A DNA stretch of 61,267 bases from an uncultured Candidatus Saccharibacteria bacterium (GTDB lineage: Bacteria > Patescibacteriota > Minisyncoccia > Phycocordibacterales > CAIZIN01), in NCBI GenBank assembly GCA_964462115.1, contig CAYWWA010000001.1:25795-87061 (forward strand). The letters are read 5' to 3'. Both the position numbers and the translations under genes were made by a program. Below are positions 38,471 through 46,026 of this stretch, piece after piece (positions within the stretch are counted from its first letter, which is position 1; the number at the start of each line of letters is the position of its first letter). The notes under the pieces were generated by a model, which saw only the letters and a list, made by a program, of their open reading frames with translations, made no database searches and was not told the DNA's origin.

Positions 38471-39511
38471 CTACACCCAATAAAATTCTGTAAACACTGT
38501 TTTGTAGTTAGCAATTACTCGCTCAGCTTGTTCATAAGTCAATTTATAATCCATACCATCATGCGCAATACGATTACGGACTTTATGTGCTTCCCAAGCT
38601 TGATCAAGTGACTGGAAATCGTTTTCATCCACATTCATCAATTTTTCCCCCACCGAGACACCAGCATAACCCATCGCGCTGAGCATATCATCTAAGAGCA
38701 CATCAGCAGCTACAATAGCTTGTCGCCAATCGTTCTCATTATAAGAACGCATCCATAATTGAATTTGAGTCCATTGTTCATTCTGCCTTGTCTTGTTAGC
38801 GTCAACCACAAACTCCTCCGCAGATAGTTCGGGTTTTAAATCGGCTTCGGTGATTGTCTTACTAACCGCAGTATTATCGTAAAGACTAACAAAATAATTT
38901 AGGGCAATTTTAGAATAAAGATAAATAATAGCGAACAATACGCATAAAATTATAGAAATTTGACGCCATGATTCCCAAAGACGAGTCCAAAAAGCTGCAA
39001 AGTTAGCCCAGACTAAATTAGTGCTCAAATTAGCTCCGTCTACCCAGCCACTAGGAATTTCAGTAAACTCTACATACCACCAGACCGTGCCATAGGCAGT
39101 GACTGGCCCCCTAGTTACCTTTCCTAAAGTATTTTTTGCTTGTTCGCCCAAGAGATTACCAGCCGGCTCTGACAAAACACGTAAACTATTTTTAGCTACT
39201 ACCTCTTGATTTAAAGTAAAACTATTAGTATTGACTCCAACATTATTTTGAGAGCTAAATGGCCACCAATCAAAACTCAGACCAGACTGCACGGAAGAAG
39301 TTACAGTGTTGTCATAATCATAATTATTTTGTCCCGACCACTCACTCAAAACAGAAACTCCTGAACCACTGTTTTCAGTATCAGGCGTAACCTCGCTTAG
39401 ATTATTGCTAGCCACCAGTCCCACCAACAAAGCTAAACCCAAAAAAACTGCCGCAATAGTATCGGAAGTATCCAGACCTGAATTTGATGATGAAGATGTT
39501 TTGTCTGCCAT
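38471..39511 (-). CDS. Two-TM membrane protein with an extracytoplasmic SH3b-like segment and a C-terminal HEPN-like (Rx4H) domain
   Basis: 346 aa with TMs near residues 19-36 and 186-205. GTVWWYVEFTEIPSGWVDGANL is SH3b-like. The C-terminal ...AIVAADVLLDDML...AWEAHKVRNRIAHDG contains RNRIAH at 38561-38578. Confidence 0.6.
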   Translation of the reverse strand: MADKTSSSSNSGLDTSDTIAAVFLGLALLVGLVASNNLSEVTPDTENSGSGVSVLSEWSGQNNYDYDNTVTSSVQSGLSFDWWPFSSQNNVGVNTNSFTLNQEVVAKNSLRVLSEPAGNLLGEQAKNTLGKVTRGPVTAYGTVWWYVEFTEIPSGWVDGANLSTNLVWANFAAFWTRLWESWRQISIILCVLFAIIYLYSKIALNYFVSLYDNTAVSKTITEADLKPELSAEEFVVDANKTRQNEQWTQIQLWMRSYNENDWRQAIVAADVLLDDMLSAMGYAGVSVGEKLMNVDENDFQSLDQAWEAHKVRNRIAHDGMDYKLTYEQAERVIANYKTVFTEFYWV

Positions 39512-39520
39512 AATTAAAAA

Positions 39521-40786
39521 TTAAATTGGTAAATTAGGTGGTGGTTCGCTATGCTTAGACATAATTTTACTAACTGCTGGCGCTAAAACTGAAGTAGATG
39601 GAAAGTGGTAAAGAGTAGCCAGCTCCTCTATATTCAATATGATAGTTTTCGAGTAGCTCCGTTTAGGAAAGAAAAAGAAGGCGCGTTTCTGAAATGATAA
39701 AAAGCTTTCACCGCGTCGCTCTTCCTCTCTTACCCCAGCAAAGTCTTCCCAAGGATACTTAAAGCTGGCTTTATCTTGAGGAAAAAAATAGTTCTTAGCT
39801 GAAGTATCATAAGGTTTAAGCAGCGCCATAGCAATTCCTTTGGCTGCTTTATTGGCCTTATCTTTATCCGCAAGATAGATTGTTCTCACTCCAACATCAA
39901 AAGCTATTTTAGAAATTTTCCGCTCGATTCCAGCAATCCTATCAGCCTGCCCTTTGGTGGCGACCATAATTTGATCTTTAGCATCAGGATCTTTTTTCTT
40001 ATCAGCTTTTTTGACCATTTCTTCCTTGATCTTAGCAATTTCTTTGACTGCTGCACTGGACCAATCATCTTTCTTTTTACCCCAAGTGCTGGGCGACAAC
40101 CAATTACGTTTACTCCAGTCTGGGTCACTTCCTTTGTGAGCACGAATCACAAACTGAATCCAAAATTGTTCACCAGGTTGAGTTTGGGACAAAAATTCCA
40201 ATAAGAAGTTTAATGGGTCAACTCTTAATTCGCTTTCCACCTTTTCATCTTGTAAATTGAAATCATTATAGGTCCTGATTGGATAAATAGATTCTGCGTT
40301 ATCACCACCTAAAGTATATTCTACGCAAAGTAACTTTTTATCTTTGGGATCATATTCCACTTTTTTAGTATAATCTTCCACTTTATTAACTATGGCCCCC
40401 GGATATTCGGCGTAAACCTGCTGCTCTATCAAGCGAGAAAATTCTTCACGAGTCCAAATGAAAAAATGAATTTGACCATCGATCGCCGCAATTTCCAAAG
40501 AAAACCAAGGTCTGGTTTTACCTTTGATGATTCTATCCCAAAAGGTTGCCTCGCCTCCGACCTGATTAAAAACTGATAATAAAACTTCCATCGCCAATGG
40601 CGTTTTGACAGATTCCTTTGGCACATTGATTTCCAATAGAACATATTTAAGGGAAAGAAAATATTGAGATCGACGATAATCAGTAAAAGCTGAAGTGGCC
40701 GATATAGCTAATACAAAAGGAGCAACTATCAAAAATAGAATTTTAAAATATGGCCACAATAATACCAAGAAATCACCCACTTCCAT
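39521..40786 (-). CDS. Membrane hypothetical protein (first gene of the envelope operon)
   Basis: 421 aa with an N-terminal pair of TM helices, LLEINVPKESVKTPLAMEVLLSVFNQ, a Lys-rich central region, and ...EELATLYHFPS near the end. TGTTATAAT-N7-ATG lies upstream. Confidence 0.6.
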   Translation of the reverse strand: MEVGDFLVLLWPYFKILFLIVAPFVLAISATSAFTDYRRSQYFLSLKYVLLEINVPKESVKTPLAMEVLLSVFNQVGGEATFWDRIIKGKTRPWFSLEIAAIDGQIHFFIWTREEFSRLIEQQVYAEYPGAIVNKVEDYTKKVEYDPKDKKLLCVEYTLGGDNAESIYPIRTYNDFNLQDEKVESELRVDPLNFLLEFLSQTQPGEQFWIQFVIRAHKGSDPDWSKRNWLSPSTWGKKKDDWSSAAVKEIAKIKEEMVKKADKKKDPDAKDQIMVATKGQADRIAGIERKISKIAFDVGVRTIYLADKDKANKAAKGIAMALLKPYDTSAKNYFFPQDKASFKYPWEDFAGVREEERRGESFLSFQKRAFFFFPKRSYSKTIILNIEELATLYHFPSTSVLAPAVSKIMSKHSEPPPNLPI

Positions 40787-40883
40787 ACTACTAATTATAA
40801 CACAGTTAGACTAAGTTACTAAATATTTTGGTAGTTTTTTAACCTATGTTATAATTAAATTGTTAATAATTAATTTTAAGAAA

Positions 40884-41330
40884 ATGAAAAAAACTTTAAT
40901 TTGGGTTTTGGTGATAGTGGTTTTAGCAGCTATTATCTATTTTGCTTATCCAGCATTTAATAAATCAAACAAGGATATTTTGTCTGGGACCTACTTACTT
41001 AACACGGTAAATGGAGTAGAGCTTGCTCCAGATTTATCCGCTTCCCTGACCTTTAGTCAAACTGAAGAAACCATAGAAGACGCCACTAAAGTGGTAAGTA
41101 GTCTATCAGCTAAAGTCTGCAACAACTTCAATAGTTCATATAATATTAACGATGATATTTTAATAGTTGGAGCGTTAGCTGGCAACAAAAAGTCTTGTCA
41201 AGAACCAGTCGGATTGGATGATTTAGAAAGCGAACTTCAAGTGCTATTGAGTTCTCAACCAAGCATTAAGGCAGATCAAAATACTATCACTCTAAGCTCG
41301 GGTGATAAGACTTTTGTCTTTAAAAAATAA
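40884..41330 (+). CDS. META-domain (HslJ-like) protein, second paralog
   Basis: N-terminal TM, then LSAKVCNNFNSSYNINDDIL...KKSCQEP..., a META-like pattern. The ORF track starts at TTG 40860; I prefer ATG 40884. Confidence 0.6.
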   Translation: MKKTLIWVLVIVVLAAIIYFAYPAFNKSNKDILSGTYLLNTVNGVELAPDLSASLTFSQTEETIEDATKVVSSLSAKVCNNFNSSYNINDDILIVGALAGNKKSCQEPVGLDDLESELQVLLSSQPSIKADQNTITLSSGDKTFVFKK

Positions 41331-41345
41331 AAACACAATCAATTT

Positions 41346-41376
41346 TTAAAAAACACAGTTGCTTACTGTGTTTTTT
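41346..41376. terminator. Bidirectional terminator between the META gene and the vWA gene
   Basis: aaaaaacacagt-tgctt-actgtgtttttt. Confidence 0.75.
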
Positions 41377-41388
41377 GATATCAACTAA

Positions 41389-42300
41389 TTATAAATTCTT
41401 CAGATTTTTTTGTAATATTTCCGCTAAAACTTTAGGCAAATCAGCTGCTGACTTAGCAAGAACCGCTCCCCCAGTTTCTTCAGGGGTTTTACCTTCTGGC
41501 AGCGCGGTCGGATTGACTTTATAGGTTTCAAGAGCTGAGGCGCCATCTTGGGTAATACCAACACCGATAACTACAATTCCCTGTTGTCTGATATTAGAAA
41601 CAATATTTTGCATATCGCCAATATAGTCCGCTTCGCCGTCTGTCATCACGATGATAATTTTCTTTAATTCACCAGTTTTAATTTTTTCTATAGTTTCGTG
41701 AGTAAACGAGTTATTCATTTTTTGCAATAAATTATTGTCGCCATTGGAAGAGTCTCGGCTGGTTTGAATAATTTTAGTAGCAGATTTAATACGGTCGGTT
41801 TCAGAAAAATCTTCGCTCATTGATTTTAATAAAGTGTCGCTACTATTACCAAAGAAGCGAAGAACTTCTGAACGAAAAGTCAATAGTTTATCCATATTTA
41901 TTTTTTCTTCTTCGGCAACATCAGCGAAGCGTTTGAGAGTTTCCATGAATAGGACAGCGGCTTTGAGTTGTTCCTGTGATTTCTCTCCTTCCATACTACC
42001 CGAGCCATCACAAACCAAAGAAATTTCCACTTCGCCAAATTGGTCAGCTTTTTTTTCCTTAATTTCAACGCTTTCCCAAACTTTAGGTTTAAAATTACCC
42101 GCCATCCCGCTCACTACTACCTGTGTCGGATCAACTAAATAATCACCTTCTTCTTCAGGATATTTCGGAGCAAACTTTTTAGCGGTGCGTTTGGAAATAA
42201 TTCGGCGGAGTAAATTCTCCATTTCATCAACCAAAAATTCATTAGTTTCAGGATTCTTAAGCTGATTTAATTGTTCAGCCAATTGACGATAATTTTGCAA
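41389..42300 (-). CDS. vWA-domain protein segment; the frame is open upstream to 42474 and is probably the C-terminal part of a frameshifted HExxH-vWA protein
   Basis: MIDAS motif LVCDGSGSM with a Rossmann-like IIIVMTDGEA. There is no ATG in the open frame upstream of the track's TTG. This is the -1 frame relative to ORF 42393-43478. Confidence 0.75.
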   Translation of the reverse strand: MQNYRQLAEQLNQLKNPETNEFLVDEMENLLRRIISKRTAKKFAPKYPEEEGDYLVDPTQVVVSGMAGNFKPKVWESVEIKEKKADQFGEVEISLVCDGSGSMEGEKSQEQLKAAVLFMETLKRFADVAEEEKINMDKLLTFRSEVLRFFGNSSDTLLKSMSEDFSETDRIKSATKIIQTSRDSSNGDNNLLQKMNNSFTHETIEKIKTGELKKIIIVMTDGEADYIGDMQNIVSNIRQQGIVVIGVGITQDGASALETYKVNPTALPEGKTPEETGGAVLAKSAADLPKVLAEILQKNLKNL

Positions 42301-42392
42301 TTCTCGTTTCTGAACTCCGAGTTTGTCGGCATATTGTTGGTCGGGGTCTTGCTGCTTAGCTGCCTCATCTTTAATAATTTTTTTGGCTTGGT

Positions 42393-43478
42393 CTAAGATG
42401 CTTTTTTCTTGTTCAGCTGTGATGGGTTTAGGAAATTTTTTGTCAAAAGCATCATAATCAGATTTAAATAATCGTTAGGATCTATCTCACCCAAGCCATC
42501 GGATGGGCCTTGGGTTGACTTAGGCTCACCTGACGATTTGTCTGATGAACTATTTTGATTTTGATCATCTTGACCCTGGCTTAGTTGCGACTTATCTTGT
42601 TCACCTGGTTGGTTTTCTGGCGGTTGATTATTTTGATCTCCATGATCGTCACCACTTTGTCCACTTGCATTTTCTGGTGGATTTTTTCTATCTTCAATAT
42701 CCTGTTCTTTTAATTTTTCCATTTCTGGCACGACAAATTTATCTTGCAATTTCCAACGCATTTCCATCGGCAAAGCTGTGCTGGTCGTTAGCTTAAATAA
42801 ATTTTTACCAGTCTTGGTTTTGGCCGACAAAACTCTATCCACCGCTTCGCGCACCTCAGGAGCCACCGTGCATTTTTTGTCAGGAAATTGTCCTTCAACT
42901 AAAAGAGTTTGAGAGAATTGAATGTGTCTCGGAGACTGAGTAAAGTCTAAACTTTGAAATAAATCTTTATCGTAGGTAGTGCGGCGCACAGTCTCAAAAC
43001 CCTGATGGATCTTTTCAGTGACAGCGTCATTTTGGCGATTATCAGACACACAATTATCAAGCGTGGCAAAAGCCCGATCTTTTTTCAGTCGTCCAAGATA
43101 TGTTTCGAAGTTAGCAATACCTTCTGGGGTTTTGAGAATATCCATCATTTCTTCTAAATGCCCAACTTCGTGGGCTACCGCGAAAACTGTCGCCTGCTCC
43201 CGTTCTTCTTTGGATAGTTTGCTTTCGGCATTTTGATAAAATCTTTCGCTAACACCGACTACACCCTTTTCTAAATCAACATAAAATGTGTCTTTTTTGG
43301 ATGGTTCAACTGTTATTTGGCTACCAGCCATCTGCTCAAAAACCGCACGATTTCTTTCAAAAAACTCCATCGTGGTCTGTTCAGCTTCAGCAGTCTTTAA
43401 TTTGGGTAGAATTTCCGGCTCATTTTTAGGACTAACTTTAGCTGAAGTTTTAATGGCTGGTTTTTCAAAGTTATTCAT
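42393..43478 (-). CDS. HExxH metallopeptidase-like protein (the 0-frame product, or the N-terminal part of the fusion)
   Basis: 361 aa with FAVAHEVGHLEEM (HExxH) and an acidic/Q-rich low-complexity region before the frameshift window. Confidence 0.7.
   Translation of the reverse strand: MNNFEKPAIKTSAKVSPKNEPEILPKLKTAEAEQTTMEFFERNRAVFEQMAGSQITVEPSKKDTFYVDLEKGVVGVSERFYQNAESKLSKEEREQATVFAVAHEVGHLEEMMDILKTPEGIANFETYLGRLKKDRAFATLDNCVSDNRQNDAVTEKIHQGFETVRRTTYDKDLFQSLDFTQSPRHIQFSQTLLVEGQFPDKKCTVAPEVREAVDRVLSAKTKTGKNLFKLTTSTALPMEMRWKLQDKFVVPEMEKLKEQDIEDRKNPPENASGQSGDDHGDQNNQPPENQPGEQDKSQLSQGQDDQNQNSSSDKSSGEPKSTQGPSDGLGEIDPNDYLNLIMMLLTKNFLNPSQLNKKKAS
42397..42468 (-). promoter_or_regulatory. Candidate -1 programmed ribosomal frameshift signal: slippery T_TTA_AAT, 8-nt spacer, 9-bp stem
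   Basis: Heptamer at 42462-42468 in register X_XXY_YYZ with the 0 frame. The stem arms are gatgctttt (42445-42453) and aaaagcatc (42397-42405). The 0-frame stop at 42393-42395 follows directly. Confidence 0.5.
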
Positions 43479-43597
43479 AATTTATTTGACTTTATTTTTA
43501 AAATTTTATTTTTCATAAACTTATTGTATAAGCACCCAACCACAAGCTCCGCATAATACCAAGTGTCCAAAGATCAAAGAAACTAAGATTTAAAGTT

Positions 43598-45871
43598 CTA
43601 ATTACGGACGGCAAGCCAAAACCCACCACCACTCCAGCCATCCGCCCCATAATCCAAGCCCAGCTTCCGCCCATCACCACCCCAATTCCAGTAACCAACC
43701 CAACGCGAAGAGCCAACCGACAACACCGAAGCGGGGTCAGCGCAAGGCCAAAACCATTTGTTTTTAGTGATTGAGTTTCCGTCTTTGTCAGTATAACTGT
43801 AATCACGGTGAGATAGGTTTTGAGCGGTTTCTTGGTCTTGGATGAAGGACAGGAGTTCAGCTAAGTTAGCTGGTCGGTAGCCTTGGTATTTCATAGCTGC
43901 TTCAGCTTGGTCTCGGGTGTCATATTGGTCGGTGCCGAATTTGTCAAAGTTGTATTTAGAGAAATCTTTCTCAATACTTTGTGGTAGGATTTGAGCGATA
44001 TTGTTCATAATATCTTCGTCAAGGTAATCTTGGGGATTGACGGCGTTAATTAGGGATTGGAATTGGTCGGGGGTGGAGATGATGGCAAAAAGTTCAGGGT
44101 TGGGCGGGTTGGTTTCAGCGGTGTCAGGAGTGTTTAGATCACCCAACTCTCCCGCCGCTTCAGCCGACACTGCTTGTTGACGTAATTGAAAAGGATCCAG
44201 ATTAGCCAAATCTTGAAGATTGAAATGTTCTAGCGCTTGGGATTTTTTAATATTTTCTGCTTGAAGTTGAGGTGTTTGAAAACCTGAGATGGTGTGAGGG
44301 TCTAAGCCTAAGCTAGACTCTGAGACAGCTTGGATCAAGCCTCTTTTGACTAAGACTTTAGCCGCTAAAGCGCGGTCAGCTTTGGTGTATTCTTTGAAAG
44401 TTAAGGAGGTGACTAGTTGTTTGTCTAAGAATTCCACAAAGGAAGACTGGTCAGTGTGAGTACGGTGACGCCAGAGGGTGATGATGTTGGCTAGAGTGCG
44501 TTGGTTCCAGACTAGTTTTTGGAGAGTGTCAATTTTTCCATTGACTTCCTGAGCTTGATAATCTTTGGCTTTGTCTGGACTAATGGTGCCTTGATAAAAC
44601 TCTTGAACGTCAGCGAAGGCTTTACATAATTGAGGCAGGGTGACGGCGAGATCATAGCGGGAGAATTCCAGGTTGCCTTGTTCGTCCATTAGGCGAATGA
44701 GAGCGGTATCGTAGGTTTCGTCTTGGGGGGAATAGTTGATTTCTAAGTTGTTTTGATCAAACTCGTTGGCCATTTCAGGGGGTAGATCTTGCCGTTCGGT
44801 GTTTTTGGCCGATTTAAGGTTGGCGGTGAAGATGAATTGGAAACCGGGAGCGATGGGAGTTTTGCCGTCACCCACAATATTGACTTCATCACCAGGTTTA
44901 GCGTTAAGCAAACCCTTAATCATCACCATCTGCTCTTTAGGTAAGGCGGTGAATTCGTCAAAGACGACAACCCTACCTTCCTTCATGGCAGTGGCTAATG
45001 GACCGTTTTTGAAGATGGTCTGCTGGGCGGAGATGACTCGTTTGGTCACGGTCTTAGTTTGACCAGTTAGGTCAGTGTCGGTAAAGCTGCGCTCTTCGTA
45101 AACTGGTTCAATACCCATGGCGCCCCAGATGTTGCTCTCTCGAGTCTGAGGATTGCAGTAGATGACTTCAGCTTCTTGACCAGTGAAGTGTTTAGCGGCA
45201 AATTTAGCTAAGGAGGTTTTCCCCGTGCCAGTGGCGCCATGGAGAAACATTGGTAAGCCGGAGATCAGGCGTTGACCAATTTCAGTTAGGTTGCGTTGAG
45301 TGGTGGGCATCATGGCGATGTGACCAGAGGCGTAGAGATCAGCTTTGTAGCTGGCTAACTCGGCGGCGCGAGTCAAGATGGGATGTTCAATTTGAGCGGT
45401 GGTTAATTGAGCTTGAAGTTGATCCAGTTGTTGATGATATTGCTCTAAGATCAACTTTTTAACTCTGGATTTGGGAGCTTTGGCTAAAGCTAGTTGACGG
45501 GCAAAGACCTCAGCGGTGAGCTTAGCTTGTTGAGTCAGAGTGGCGCGGAGCTTGAGATAGTCGGGTCCTAAGGTTTGCGCTAGGTAGTCTTCATCAATGG
45601 GCTGGTCAAATTTGTCTCGATCAGCGCGAACTTGCTCTTTGGCTTTGGTGATACTGCCGTAGTCGGCTACTTGGATCTGACGGTGTTTAGCGATGATTTC
45701 AGTTAGAGCTTGATGCAAAGCGGCTTTTTGGCTGGCTGAGATGGGGGAATGGTCTAACTCGCTTAGTTCTTGCTTGGCTTCATTTTTTTCTAAGTGGAGT
45801 TGGTGGAGGTTGGAGTCGGAAGTGGAAGCTTTAGCTATTTTAGCTTTAGTTCCTTGAGGAGAATGGTTCAT
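43598..45871 (-). CDS. AAA+ ATPase of the MoxR/AAA_5 type, with an N-terminal coiled-coil region and a novel C-terminal module
   Basis: 757 aa with Walker A HGATGTGKTS (residues 211-220), Walker B VVVFDEF, and FIFTANLK. The C-terminal ~125 aa are homologous to ORF 12259-12750. TGATATAAT-N6-ATG lies upstream. Confidence 0.8.
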   Translation of the reverse strand: MNHSPQGTKAKIAKASTSDSNLHQLHLEKNEAKQELSELDHSPISASQKAALHQALTEIIAKHRQIQVADYGSITKAKEQVRADRDKFDQPIDEDYLAQTLGPDYLKLRATLTQQAKLTAEVFARQLALAKAPKSRVKKLILEQYHQQLDQLQAQLTTAQIEHPILTRAAELASYKADLYASGHIAMMPTTQRNLTEIGQRLISGLPMFLHGATGTGKTSLAKFAAKHFTGQEAEVIYCNPQTRESNIWGAMGIEPVYEERSFTDTDLTGQTKTVTKRVISAQQTIFKNGPLATAMKEGRVVVFDEFTALPKEQMVMIKGLLNAKPGDEVNIVGDGKTPIAPGFQFIFTANLKSAKNTERQDLPPEMANEFDQNNLEINYSPQDETYDTALIRLMDEQGNLEFSRYDLAVTLPQLCKAFADVQEFYQGTISPDKAKDYQAQEVNGKIDTLQKLVWNQRTLANIITLWRHRTHTDQSSFVEFLDKQLVTSLTFKEYTKADRALAAKVLVKRGLIQAVSESSLGLDPHTISGFQTPQLQAENIKKSQALEHFNLQDLANLDPFQLRQQAVSAEAAGELGDLNTPDTAETNPPNPELFAIISTPDQFQSLINAVNPQDYLDEDIMNNIAQILPQSIEKDFSKYNFDKFGTDQYDTRDQAEAAMKYQGYRPANLAELLSFIQDQETAQNLSHRDYSYTDKDGNSITKNKWFWPCADPASVLSVGSSRWVGYWNWGGDGRKLGLDYGADGWSGGGFWLAVRN

Positions 45872-46026
45872 GGTTTAATTATATCATAGGGGGAGGTAAA
45901 AATTAAGACTACAAATAAATTTTTGTTAATAAGTTGTAGGATAGAAAAAGTGTAGGAAAAAAGTCAAAGAAACTTTAAAGTCAATAAACACCAACAAAAA
46001 CTAAATTAAACCAGTTTAATAATATT

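Noticed and set aside
43513-43806. 97-aa ORF overlapping the 3' end of the AAA+ gene in another frame.
   Set aside because: It is a Gly/Val/Trp-rich alternative-frame reading of a GC-rich segment. The main frame there is supported by its homology to ORF 12259-12750.
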